Of a stretch of 64,000 bases of DNA, positions 39,329-55,018 are shown in pieces (within the stretch, counting starts at the first letter, position 1; each line of letters opens with the position of its first letter). A program made the translations under genes and the position numbers. This DNA comes from the human T2T-CHM13v2.0 reference genome, Homo sapiens: assembly GCF_009914755.1 (NCBI RefSeq), contig NC_060944.1; one strand, given 5' to 3'. The notes under the pieces were generated by a model. It saw nothing but the letters and a program-made list of their open reading frames with translations. It ran no database searches and was not told the DNA's origin.

Positions 39329-41608
39329 ACATCTGTATTTTTAATAAGTCACTGGAGGTGATTCTGATAAGCAGCCACAGGTGACAATGATTGAGCTAGC
39401 ATAACCTTGATTTCCAAATCTAACAAACATGCATTTAATAAAGGGAAAAGAATACATTACTATTACTTTATATATTTTATATATAAAATATAAATAATAT
39501 TATTACTTATAAAACTATTACATATTTTTGTAAGTAACATGTATTTTGTAAATATGTAAAAAGAAAATATAAATATAAATATTTTATAAGTAATAATATA
39601 ATATTATACATAGTATATATAAAAATTGGCATTGAGACTAACAGTACCTTCAAATAACAGAATAACATAATCAAGTAATTCTATTCAGGGATCAAAATAA
39701 TAGTTCAATAAGGAGATAATTTAAAATATTGAAATAGCTAAGAAGTAAACTGATTATCTTCATAGATGCTGCTAAGCATTTATAAAATTCATTATCCATT
39801 TCTCTAAAATTTTAAATAGAACATAAACAAGAAATTCCTGAATAGAATAAAAAATATCTACCTCAAAGAGATTGTACTATGATTCTTGGTTAAATACTAG
39901 AAGTATTTATTTTAAAGTCAAGAAAAAGATGAAGATGCCTGTTTTACTATCATTTTTAACAAGCTTTGCAAGTACTAAACAATATAATTAATTATTCATT
40001 CTCTAAGTTAATGAATATTTATTGAAAGACTATTGTACAACAGAATAAGAAGTATATATATTACAAAGGAAGAGGTAAAATAGCCATTATTTGTAGATGA
40101 GTTTATTGTTCACCTTCTGGGTTTCAAGCTGTGACCTATGGAGGGCAAGTGAGACTTGTGGAGGGGCTGTTCTTGGGGCTACCAGAGAGAGAGGGAATTG
40201 AGCAAGTAGGACAGTGAGCCCATCCCTCCACTCGAAATAGAGTTTTGGTCCATTTTCCTCCACTTTACATATTTAAGTAATCAAAAATTTATTAGACATA
40301 AAAAGATTCAATAAAGAACAATTTTTTAATTCATACAGTAAAGTTAATAATCAACTATAAACGGTAAGAGATATATTAGGGAAATAATATTACTACTAAA
40401 TATAACCAAAAATGGCAAACACCTAGGGAATAAACTTATTTTGAAGATGTTTGGAACCTATTGAAAGAAAACTACAAAACTTTTATAAAAGACTTAACAG
40501 AAGACATTTATAAAAAAAGACGGAGATACCATATCCTTGAAGGGGAAAATTCAGTATTGTAATTATATTAATTCTTCCCCAAACAAATACGTAAATTGAA
40601 CACAAGCTCAACAGGCAGGGTAGAGGTGGGTGGGTAGAAACTAAAAGCCTGGAAACAGATAGCAACATTGCACTCTCATTTGTATACGATAAGAAGAGTA
40701 TTTCAGATCAGGTGAGAAAAGGATCAATGATTTCATGATTAGTGTTATAACTGGTTGGTCATATAAGAGAAGAAGTTATATTCCCACCTCACATATTACA
40801 TGTAGGTAAATTACACCCAGATAAATTGCAAATACATTTGAGATTGACATGGAAAAAACAAAAACCACCACCACCACCACCACCAAAAACACTTTCAAAA
40901 TAAATGAGTGAATGAATAAATGAATTGATGAAAAATATCAAATGAGTAAAATGAAACTACTGAGACAATTCAAATATGAAATGCACTTGTGTGTGTTCCC
41001 AGGGAGGACCCTGTTAGGAATGTCAGACTGTTGTTTCCTTGATGTGCGCAATGCTTCTTTTCTGGTTTGTTGCTTATGACCAAACCCTGCTCAGTTCTAC
41101 AACCTGTGTTGGCCTCCCATCTTTTCCAGGTGAATTCACCTCATCCTGGCAGAATGCCCTCTGTGTGGGAGGGGTCTTGCAAGCTGACTCAGTGCCACAG
41201 GGGCCACCCTGGTCATGGAAAATGGGCAGGCACTCTTCCCTGTTGGAGGTGAGGCAGCCTGCTCCCAACCCAACCACCTGCCACAGCTGTTTGCCCTTCA
41301 GGCTTCTCAAGCCTGATTCTGACAGTAGTCTATTTTGTCCTAATACCCCAGGGAACCAGAGAAAACACCCACAGAAACCTGAAGGGAAAAGATTCGGCAA
41401 AGTGAAACATTTAAACTTCTGTACATAGAAAACAAGGTTAACAAAGGTAAAAGTCAAAGAACACAATTGGAAAAAGTTATTCCCAATATATATGACAACA
41501 TGTTAATATTCTTAACACTTAGAGACTCTCACAAACCACCAAAAAAAAGAATATCCCAATTTAAGAAATAGGATACGTTTTTGATAAGGTTCAAAACAGG
41601 CAAAACTT

Positions 41609-41900
41609 GGCCAGGTGCGGTGACTCATGCCTGTAATCCAGACACTTTGGGAGGCCTAGGCAGGCGGATCACGAGGTCAAGAGATCAAGACCATCCTGGC
41701 CAACATGGTGAAACCCCGTCTCTACTAAAAATACAAAAATTAGCTGGATGTGGTGGCATGCGCCTGTACTCCCTGCTACTTGGGAGGCTGAGGCAGGAAA
41801 ATCGCTTGAACCCGGGAGTCAGAGGTTGCAGTGAGCCGAGATTGCGCCACTGTACTCCAGCCTCATGACCGAGTGAAAATCCATCCATCTCCAAAAAAAA
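41609..41900 (+). mobile_element. Alu (AluSc-like) with TSD aaacaggcaaaact
   Basis: Full dimer plus A-tail; TSD on both sides. Confidence 0.95.
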
Positions 41901-42423
41901 AACAGGCAAAACTGCACAGCCAGGATAGTGTGACATTTCTCAACCCTTTTGTCATTATCACATCACCCCAAAGAATGATTAAGATATTGAGATATCCTTT
42001 TTCCCTAACTGACAAAAGTTAAAAAAAAATAATAACCCGTAGTTTCAAAGGAGTGAAGAAAAGAGCACTCTCATATACCATTGACAGAGAAAATTAGAGA
42101 GCAATTTGAAAAGGTATCAAAAGCAGCCATTTAACTTTGTAACTCTATTTTGAGCAATTTTGTCTTTAAAAAATGAATAAGTATTTAAACTTGAATAAAG
42201 TATTTAAATATGTTCAAGAATAATCATTGCAGTGAGACTAATAATGATAAAGTTAGGGAAACAAGTATGTTTCTAACATTCAGAAATTGATTAAATATAT
42301 TTGGTGGATCTGTTTAGCATAATATTATTTAGCCATTTGAAATTATAATGAAATTCTTTAGCACCATGGTCAAGAACAAAAGCTCTGGGATTAAGTTGCT
42401 TAAACTCAAATCCTAGTTCCTCC

Positions 42424-42710
42424 TGTCGACCTAAAGAAAGAAACTGAAGCAAAATTAATATAGAGAGTTTATTTGGGCCGAAGTTGAGGACAGCTTCCCA
42501 GGACACACTTCCAAGTTGCTTTGGGAAGTGCTCCCTCCCGCCTTTGCCACAAGCAGGTTTTTAAAGGCAAAGAGGAACAAGGAGTGGGCTGATGCAAACT
42601 TACCTGATGGCAATTGTCACTGATATACAGAAATAACATTGGTTAATAATTGGCTATACATTGCTGAACTATAGGTTATGAACTATAGGATGCCCAGCAT
42701 ATTGTTCTTA
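42424..42710. mobile_element. ERV1 MER4-group LTR fragment
   Basis: tgtcgacctaaagaaagaaactgaagcaaaattaatatagagagtttatttgggcc terminus. Confidence 0.5.
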
Positions 42711-43774
42711 ATCATTAGAGAATTTGTAAAGCCCTCCTCCCAACCATTTATCTTCCTAACAAATTATCTGCTATCATTTAATTCAAATTATCAAGGCTCT
42801 TCCTGTGTTTCTTTCTCAAAGATTTGTAGCTAGGTCTAAGAAATGTAGTTTTGTTAACCTGAGCTTTTGAAGAAGGGACCAGCCTAAATATGCAATATGC
42901 CTAAAGTATATTTTAAATAAATATATTCTTATGGCCTTTTAAGTTGCCTTAAGAACGAGCAGTTTCTAAAAAATTGCTACCAAGTAGAGATCTTAACTTT
43001 CTTTTAAAAAGAAATTTTAATTAACATATTTTTACGTAAATCAATGTAACAAACACATTTTCAAGCAGTGGATTTGATTAAATTAGCAATGAACGTCCCA
43101 ACTCCAATTGGTTAATAGACACCACAAAACCTTTCTTCATGAATAGTGCCAATTCCTCTCAAACCAAATTATTATAGATTCCAATTAATGAGATTTTATT
43201 GCATTTCTCTCAAGCCTTTTAATTTTCTTTTAAGAGTATGTTTCAGGAGAATGGGACTCTTGGAGGAATTGTTTGGGAGGAGAAAAATGAAAGCATATCT
43301 TTGTTTCTTAAAGCCTTTTGGCAATTTCCTGAGACCTAGTAGAGTTCTGACAACATAATTGCCCTTCTCCTGACCGTGATAGAAATTATAGCACAGCTCA
43401 ATTTCAACTAGCAGGCATATTTCTGCAAGTGTAGAATTTAGTCCTATAGGTTCAACAAAGCCAAGCACAATTCAACAAGATATGACAGTAATTTTACATA
43501 AGTATAATACTTGCCAGCAAAGTGATATCTGGGATGATCAAACAATGTTGAAACTCATAGAATTTCAGAATTTGTAGATCTACCACCTTCCATCTTCCCA
43601 CATAAATACCATAAGATGAGACACATGAAGCCCCAGAGATTTTTAATGACTTGCCAGTCAATGTTTCCACAGTCTGTAGGTCGAGAAGACTAGACATCAG
43701 TTCTCTTGAGTCCCACTGGAGAGCCATTTGTACTGCCCTATACTGCTCATAGCAAAAACTGAAAACCATCAAGA

Positions 43775-44058
43775 TCAGAGGTCACTAAACCAATACAGCT
43801 GCCCCCTGTTTTTGTACAGTTTTAAATAATTGGAATAATAAAAATAAGAATAAGACTTGTGACACATGAATATTATATGAAGTTCAAATTTCAGTGTCCA
43901 TAAATCTTTGTTGGATCACAGCCACACCCACTATTTTGTGTATTGTCTGACTGCTTTCACTTTACAATAGCAGAGTTGAATAGTTGCAACAACAACCATA
44001 TGGCCTGCAAAGCCCAAAACATTTATTCTCTAGATCTCTATCAAAAGTTTGCTGATCT
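43775..44058. mobile_element. MER58-like hAT-Charlie element
   Basis: ttcaaatttcagtgtccataaa..gcagagttgaatagttgcaac..ggcctgcaaagcccaaaacattta. Confidence 0.7.
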
Positions 44059-47000
44059 AGACAAGTACTTGACATCACAATGATTTAGAGAAAATAAATC
44101 CTCCAGATTTATAGCACTGAGCCACATTTCCAAATCTCAGTTCACATCAGCCAAACACCAAGCTCCTTCCTTTAGACTAAAAAACTCTCACTAGAGCCAA
44201 ATATATTAAGAATACAAACTTCATTGACATCGGCACCTGTGTATATCTTTTAAGGCCAGTGATATCAACTTGAAGAAGACCAAGGACATCATCAATGTCT
44301 GCTCCTAATTTCTCATGTCCAGGTGATTATCTTTGGGAAGAGGGGCATTGAGGGTGGCAAAAGAACCATGTGACAGAAATGTAATACCAATCCATTTATT
44401 CTGTACTCTTCCTGATAATGCAAAAGAGTTAGACCTGGTAGTACAATGGAAGTCATTTCTGATCATCTTGACACCTGTGTTTCTTCTCATAGACAGGACA
44501 TAACCTAAATACGTGACCTGACTTTTCACCTAGTGTTAAGTAGCCCAGGGTTGAAAAGACTTAAGTTGCAGGGTCCAGGAGTTTATCCAGACTTTCCCTA
44601 TTTTTCATCTACCTATTTTATGTTTCTATTATCATCCTTCAGGGTAAAGATGTGTATATTCCTCTGAACTATTCACCAGCCTGGAGCCCCTATATAATTT
44701 GAGTTTATTTTAGTGAGCCCAGAAGGAGTAGAATAAACTCTCCTAATGAAGAGCTAGAACTGAAAGACCACATAGGGGCCTATGTATTAATCTTCATCAA
44801 AGGTACAATATAGAGCCTCTCATCTTATCATATACTACTTTCAGACTTAATTCTCTGCCATTTAGTCAAAGTAAAATACAGAAGGAGTAATGAAATCACA
44901 GAACTGAGGTTCAGCAAGGTCCCTAGAGTTTAGTCTAACTTACTTTTATGAAAGCTCATGCCAAAGTCCAGAAAGTCTCAATAACTTTCCCAAGGTCACA
45001 TAGTTAATGAATGGAAAGGCCATGTGTATCACAAACTCGAGAGTGCAAGAATTATTCAAGTTCCTTTTTTTTATTACCAAGTTAATGTTGGCCCCAATTC
45101 CCAACCTGGATTTCTATTTTTAGTCCATATTGAGGCTCCCATTCTTCAAGATGGAGCAAAGCTTTTAGATTATTATGCAGCTCCCAACATCAGGGCTGTC
45201 TCCTGGTCCTTGGTCCCACAACCACACTGGTCAACACTGTTGGCCCACTGTTTAAATACAAGCCCTGTGGTCCAGCAACCTAGTGTCTCTGTCCTATGTT
45301 GGAGACTGAGGAGTCTATGTTGAGGATAGAAACTCCAGTATCTAGCGTTCAAGCCATGTTCATGCAACTTGCAACGGTCCCCAGGCAGCTACCATCAAGA
45401 GATATGAATGGATCCGTTGACCCCAGTCTTGATCAAATCCTCTTTACCCTCTCTGCTTCGCATACCTTGATTCCTCTCCTTTGAGTACTCCTAATGGAAT
45501 CCCTTCAATTTGTGTAAGCTTCTATAAAGACTGGCAGGAAATAATTCCTGCTTTGGACCCTGTATCATGAACCTCTCTACGAACAAAAGACTAAACCCAA
45601 CCTGGTTACTTACTAAACATGGAAGGAGGGGAATAAAAAGTTTTTAAGGAGAACGTGCATACATTAATATTTCAATAAATTGTCCTATGATGTTTATAAC
45701 AACAAAGCTTTATATATTTAAGAACATACAGATGCTTAGCATCCCTTGGGCTAAGAGCTGCCAAAATTTCCTGCTTTGGAAAAAGCCACGGAATTGTGAT
45801 GAAGTGTTTCATCTCTGGAGTCAGACATGCTGATTTGAATCTTGGCTCTAAACTTACTAACTGTGTGACCGTGGAACCTCCAAGGGGTCTTGAGGGTAAA
45901 CTAAACTCTCAAGGTTCTTTTTTCCCTCATCTATAAAATGAAGATAATAATAGTACCAACCTCAAAAACTTGGATGACAATTAAGATAAGGTTTAAAATA
46001 TTTCAGTACGTTAGGTTGGCACATTGTTAAGCAGATGGTCTGCATTTATCAGTTCTGTCTCCTTTAAGTAGCATCACGTTGGTACCTGTGTCCTCATTAG
46101 TAAAATAAGGATACAGTTGCTTACTTTATAGAATATGTGTAGGTGTGAGGATTAGAGAGGATATAGAGCATGAGGATTAAATTAAGCAATCATGGTACAT
46201 TGCTGAACACTCATTACACATTATTTATAAAAATAAATAAAACTTTACAAAAAGGAAATTGAGACCAGGGGATGAGAGAGAAGTTATTATTCTGTCTACT
46301 TAGAAAATCTTCTCTCATCAGAATTGTTTGATGTGAAAGACCATCATAATTATATATCTGTGCCCCACTTAAGGTTTTTATTTACATCTGATCTAATATT
46401 TGCTAATGCTTCAACCTGCCAAAAAGCAGGTTGATTTGTGGTTTCTTTAAAATGAAGGCCTGAGTGAGTGGGCAGTTGAAAGTTACTTCCACCATTTTTC
46501 CAGACTTCACCATGATGGAGGGTCTTTAACCCAGCAGCAGTGGTGTATGCTTCGTAACTGTATGACCTAGACCCATTTCAGATACTACATCTGGCTTCTT
46601 CCAGACTATCTCGGAATATTGGCCAGAAAAACAAACTCACTCAAAAAGCAATATTGCTCCATAACCTCCATTAGACTGGATGGAAGTGGATCAAAGAGGA
46701 CAGCAGAGTACCCCAAATGCTTTTGAAGCATGAACTCCAAGATGGAATTCTTTAAGCAGAATGTGAATGCTGGCTTTAATGCAAGAATTACCAGTTCAAG
46801 CAAAGTGGCACAGATGTGAACTCATAGCTCTGACTCACAGTGTGAATGGCAAGATGGGACAGCTGGCAGTTCCCCATAATAAACCGCCTGCTCTTAGGCC
46901 AGGTCTAAGGAACAGTTTATGAACAGGACATTCTGGACCAAAAGTGGCTACGGTTACAATTTGGAAAATAGTCTTCACGTGGGCTACAAAAGAAGAATTG

Positions 47001-48149
47001 GTAGTTGTGAAACAGGCTTGTTAATAACACCCACACTCTTTGTTATTAACAAATGTCAATATGTAGGCCAGTAATCTCTGACTAAAGAGTATGAGCCAGT
47101 CAGTATCAATAAAAATTCAGTAGACATGCATACAGTCCATAGATAGAATATTGGTACTTTATCTTGAATCTAATTTTTGATTTGACTGATGGCAGCAAAT
47201 GTGGCACTTGGCACATGAAAATACCACTTAGAGAGCTGACAAGAGGATACTTCCAGTTTATGTTTATTACTTTATTCATAAGGCAGGTTTTGAGCATAAC
47301 ACTGAATAAATGGACCACCAGGACAAAAATAAGATTCATTTTATGCATAACATAGCAATTTGGAGATCCACTGTCAATAGCCAATCTATGGCTGTTATTG
47401 ACTTTCAGAGACTAAAATGTCACAGAGAAACAGAAAAAAAAATTGTGGATTTATTTATACCTTCAGATAGCATTATAACTACGCTTTCTTAGGAGTTAAA
47501 AAATGCCAATATTTATATACCAAAGACAAAATGTTGTACTTGATTTCTAGAATTACCTAAGTATTTGCACCACCAACTGCAAGTTGACACCTTTACTCAA
47601 TCAGGGTATGGCCTGAATCAATGTTTGTAGAAAGCAAAGCTTCTAGTGACTACTTTATTTCCCCAAGCTCTTCCTACATTTTTATTTTTTGAATATGAAG
47701 AGCAGGAAGAGAAAAGCAGCCCTTGATTAAAAGGAAGATTTTTCATTATTCCTTTAAAAATCCACCTCACCCTAGACCAGTCCAATCTGACTTTCAAAGG
47801 CATGACTTCCTGAAGTAGAAGTGGTGAAAGATCCTCAGCCATCCTAGGAATCTTTCAGGTTTGTTAATAAAATCTGAGCTATGAACACCAAACAGAGAAA
47901 TTCCATGGTAATGGAGTTTGGGGCTTATTGTTTTCTATATAAATGAAGGTAAGCCCCTGGATGCAAAACCACTCTTAACTTGTAACTCAGCTGTGAGACA
48001 TCTGGTCATAGAAATTGGTCTTGCATCTAGGAGATACAAATCACTTTGCTAACCATGTGCCCACTGGAAATCCTGAAAAAGGACTGTGTCTGGGGACTTC
48101 AGACCTCAGATGGACACCTACATTTCCTTTTTCTTCTCTCTTCCCTTGT

Positions 48150-48476
48150 TTTCTTTTTCCTTTTCCTTCTTTTCTTTTCTTCTTTTTTTCCCCTAATGAG
48201 ATCTTGCTTTGTCACCCAGGCTGGCATGCAGTGGTGTGATCATAGCTCACTTCAGCCTCAACCTCCTAAGCTCAATCCTCTCACCTCAGCCTCCCAGATA
48301 GCTAGGACTATAGGTGCATACCACCATGCCCAGCTACTTTACTTTTTATTTATTTTTTAGAGATGGGGTTCTCACTGTATTGGCCAGGCTGGTCTCAGAC
48401 TCCTGACTTCAAGTAATCCTCCTGCCTCGGCCTCCCAAAGTGCTGGGATTATAGGCATGAGCCACTGTGCCTAGCC
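48150..48476 (-). mobile_element. Alu (AluJ-like)
   Basis: Degenerate T/C tail; gatcatagctcact. Confidence 0.88.
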
Positions 48477-49658
48477 TCCTCCCCGTCTTTAAGCCAGGTC
48501 TAATGGAAAGGATCTTGTAGGGAGCAATTTCTCAGACTGGTCTTAGACATACCCACTTCTCATGAGTCGGCTGGCTGTTTTATTGCGTGACAACACATCC
48601 CATATCATCCTCACAACTTTTAGTGATGCAATTGTTGTAGATACGCTCCTGAGATAGCAGGTTTTGGAAAGATTAACGGTGGAGAAAGACACATGGAGAT
48701 GCATCATGAACTTCTGCTCATGCACTTCTGGGTGACTGGGCCAGTTTCCTGACCCTCTGGGCAGGAAAGGGGAAATATATCAAGTTGGCAAAGTGTGGGC
48801 ACCCTGTGTCTTTACTAGAAGACTTCTCTAGGAATCAGTGTCTTCAAGCTGGTATTCACTGGCTAGTCACCTTGTTGCCTAGGCATTGAATGGCCATTTG
48901 ATCTTCTTCCCTGTGCCACCTCCTACTCTAAGCTCAGCCCTGTCTTCATTATTCATCAAAAGGCCCCATATAACTCTACAAGTACCTACTATGTGTCGGC
49001 ACTGTGGCAGACACTGTGGTTGCCAAGACAAACATCTATGACACCATCATAGAATGTCTGACACTATGGCCATCTATGATACTATTGTCAGTATCTATGG
49101 AAGTCATGGCATCTCACACACAGTATCTGCACCCCAAGGACTCTTTCTGTACTAGAGAAGATTGCCCTGGGAACATTCTCAGTTCAACTTAATAAGTGCT
49201 ATAATCATCATATGATAAATGTTATTCAATCTTGGAAGAGAAAAATGACCAGTTTTCCCTGGGGAAGCTGAGAAAGGCATTAGAGAAAAGATGAAGGGCA
49301 AAAAATGGTTTTATGTGGAGGAAATAGTACGTGCAACATCGGGAAAGCCTAAAATGGCATTTTTCTCAATCCCTCTGCAAACTTTCAGGAAAGGTAGCCA
49401 GAGTCCACACAGCTGGTAATAGAAGACCTAAAGCCAGAACCTAGTCTCCTCATGCCCAGGCTGTTGGCCTTTTCACTGTCTGTTCTTGGAACCATTCCCA
49501 TTGGGAAGAAGCCTCTTTTAGGTAAACGCGTATCTGGCAAATGATATGCCCATGTTTTATTCCCAAATATCAGTTTCTCTTTCTGTTCCATAATATATCT
49601 TTGATAATACAAAGTTTGAAATTACAATGTAAACTTTTAACATTGCACCAAATCTTGA

Positions 49659-50311
<653 letters not shown>

Positions 50312-50711
50312 CTAGAACACTTGTTTTACTATGCCTTCTAATAACTTTGGGGATAAACAAATTCTAGTTTGAAAAGCAAGGCCCTTCAGTGTGACCTCTC
50401 ATGAAGGCCACAGATCACCAAGTGCCTCTTCAACATGAAATGCAATATAAATGTTAGAACTGACCATTCAATACCTTCTTACCATTTTAGCACAGTAAGA
50501 AAATTAACGTACAGATTTAAATAAATTCTTATATCATACTTTGTATAGTAAACTATGTTGATCCTTAGGCAGAAGAAAGTATGTTTATAGCGGCCCTAAA
50601 CATGCTAACAATACTTCCGTAACTTAAATCTGCGCAACAGCTCCTACGTTCTGTGTGTGCAAATTACAGCATCTCTCCACTTGTACATTTATCTGTTATG
50701 TTATATCATTC

Positions 50712-51470
<759 letters not shown>

Positions 51471-51904
51471 CTAGGAGTTCAAGTGAAAGCAAACAGAAAA
51501 TACGGGCAGCATCAACATTTGCTGTAGCAAAGCATAAGGGGATTATGTTTAAGAAGGGATCAAAGGGCAAGTATGTAAGAGATTGTAAAGAGATAAAAAC
51601 TAAACTTTGGAGTTAAACTAGATTATCTCTGTTGCTTTTTATTGGTAACCTCTTAAGCCTCAGTTTTCTTATCTGTGAAGTAAAAATACCTGCATTATTG
51701 GGCTTCTAAGATTAAATGAGAGAACCTAAACAGTGAGCTTAACACAGTATCTAGTACATTCCAAAGGTTCAATAAATTATAACTAGTTTTATTGGTATCT
51801 ATGGAAATCATGGGATCTGTTTTGCATTTAGGTGTGGGAAAACTCTGATGGGGTTATAATTTAATTAATTACTTGTGAGATGTAGAGTAAAAAGAGAGAA
51901 GAAT

Positions 51905-52400
51905 TGTGGGGTTTTTTTGTAAATTATATTTCATTTACAGCATGGTGAAAAGTGCACCAGTCATAGGTATACAGCTCAATGGATCTCCACAAAGCAAACA
52001 TACCTATGTAACAAATGCAGAAATAGAACATTCAGAGAATCTAAAAACCATCCTCATGCTCCTAACAAAAGTAACTACTATCCTGACTTCTAACACTGCA
52101 GATCTGTTTTGTCTGGTTGCATATTTTATGTAAACGAAATGATACAGCCTGTACTTTTTTAGATGTCTGACTTTTTTCACTCAACAACAGATTTGTGAGA
52201 TTTATCCACAATGTTGTGTGGAGCAGTAGTTCATTCTTTCTCATTGCTGTATTGAATTCCACTGTATAAATACCCCACATTGTATTTTTCCATTCTACAA
52301 TAGTTGAATATTTGGGCTGTTTCTAGATTAGGGCAATGGCAAATCTTCCTGCTACAAGCACTCTTGTATAGGTCTTTTGGTGATGTGTACGTACTGGAAT
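51905..52400 (-). mobile_element. L1ME/L1MB-like 3' end, ending ~65 nt before exon 5
   Basis: ctactatcctgacttctaacac..ttttttcactcaaca..gtgagatttatcca. Confidence 0.7.
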
Positions 52401-52465
52401 TTGAGTTTTCAATCTTGGCCTTGTTGAAAAGAGAAGGCTCACTTCTCATGTAATTTTATGTGCAG

Positions 52466-52590
52466 GCACCTTGGATAAGCACAAGGAGTTGGAGGACCTT
52501 GTGGCTAAGTTCCTGAATGTGGAAGCAGCTATGGTCTTTGGGATGGGATTCGCAACTAACTCAATGAATATCCCAGCATTAGTTGGAAAG
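52466..52590 (+). CDS. SPTLC3: SPTLC3 coding exon 5 (125 nt), (G)[41 protein letters not shown]
   Basis: tgcag acceptor and AAG|gtgaga donor. MGFATN motif of the PLP-binding fold. Confidence 0.97.
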
Positions 52591-52678
52591 GTGAGAATTG
52601 TTAACCTAATTGTCTTCTACTGTATTACTCCTAAGAACTGTAACTCTGAGTAGGTCCTTGTTAGAAGTATGGCTGAGA

Positions 52679-53182
<504 letters not shown>

Positions 53183-54775
53183 TCAGAGCTAATATTTATT
53201 AAGCATTTATTTGGACAAAATATTTGTCCTACATTACCCATTTATTTTTTCATTCAATAAACCAATTATTGAGAACCTACTATGTCCTCATATAAGGGAA
53301 GATACAAGACATACAAAGATGAACAAGACCTATGTATTTTAAATTTATGTAGTTTAGAGTCTAATGGGGGAAACAATATGCTGAATAAAATAGGACAAAT
53401 ACCATAGAAAAGGCATGCCCATATACGAGGAAGGACAAAGAGCTGCCCAAAACCCTTCCTGAGAAAGTCTGCAATGTCTGTGCAAAAGTGGTGAGAGGAG
53501 AACAGAATTTTAACAGATAAATAAGTTGAATTATTTAGGACACGAAGAGGGAACAGCATGTGTAAAATACATAGGTTTGGAGGAACTAGAATATGGAATG
53601 GTGGTCAAAGAAAAGACCAGAGATGAAAGCAGGTGCCAAATGGCAATGAGCCATGTAATGACAATCATGCTGGTGTTTGAAATTGTTCCTCAGAAAAAAA
53701 TGGGAAGTTGGCTGGTTCATTGCAAGTAAGCAAGTACATTAATCAAATTTATGCCTTTGAAAATGTGTCTCATCACAACTACATGCAATGTATGGTCTTA
53801 GACTGGATTTTGCACCAAACAACATCAAACGAATGATAATGTCTATAAAAAGCTTAAGACATCATTAGAAAAGTTGGGGAAATTTAAATTTGAACTGTCT
53901 ATCAAATGATAGTATTGTAGAAGCATTGAACTTCTTGGATGTGATCACTGAATTGTGATTTTTTATAGGAGAATGTCCTGTTCTTAGGGAAGGTGAGGTA
54001 GAGGCTTATAGATAACTCCTCAATGTTCCGCCAGAAAAATTACAAATATGCATATATCTAGAGTACAAATATATGGGAATTTTTGTGGCTTTTGCCTCAA
54101 AAAAACTCAAAGCATGCTGTATGTGAAACTACAGAAATATAATGGAGTATTCAAAGATTCTGGAAGACCACAAAAGACAAAGGTCCACCATAATTTGCCT
54201 GCATTTTTGGTATGCTTAAGAAGTTTTACAATTTAGAAATGTTTAGTTTAAAAAGAAGAATACTTTTACAAAGGGTAATTTACAAGCAGTAAGTTAGGCT
54301 GACTTTATCCACATACCTCAGACTGAATTGCCATCCATACTTCTCCAAATTCAAAGTTTTTGACTGTAAAACTGAAGTTTTTGCATACATGGGATGTTAA
54401 TACAGTGGAAAATAAGAATCAGAAGTAAGAGCTTGAATTGTCCTGCACAAAAGACCCTTGCCTTTCAGGAAGAATAACTAAAACTGTTCCAAATAATCTC
54501 TCATGGAAGTGCCCCTACAAGTTCATAACCCACCCAAAAATCTACCAGTCTTCCTGTCAGAGATCAACACTTTAGGCTCTACCTGGTGCTTAACAAGGAT
54601 CTTGGATGAACTTCTCTACTGAAAACTATATGCAAATGTCGCAGTGAACATGTAATCTCTTAAAACAATTCCCATCTCCATCAGCTAACTGCTACACATG
54701 ATTTTGTCCACATAGACACCAGGTTAAACTCTTGGCCTTTTAAAATTAAAGTGAGTTTTAGAAATTGTGTTATAG

Positions 54776-55018
<243 letters not shown>

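Noticed and set aside
41039-41466. Overlapping 129-aa and 130-aa ORFs on opposite strands
   Set aside because: No recognisable homology or splice structure. They span an LTR-like insert and old L1 sequence.
44962-45000. HNF4-like CAAAGTCCA and NR5A/ERR-like CCAAGGTCA motifs
   Set aside because: They lie in MIR-like sequence, where CCAAGGTCA is part of the consensus. Isolated motifs are not enough evidence.
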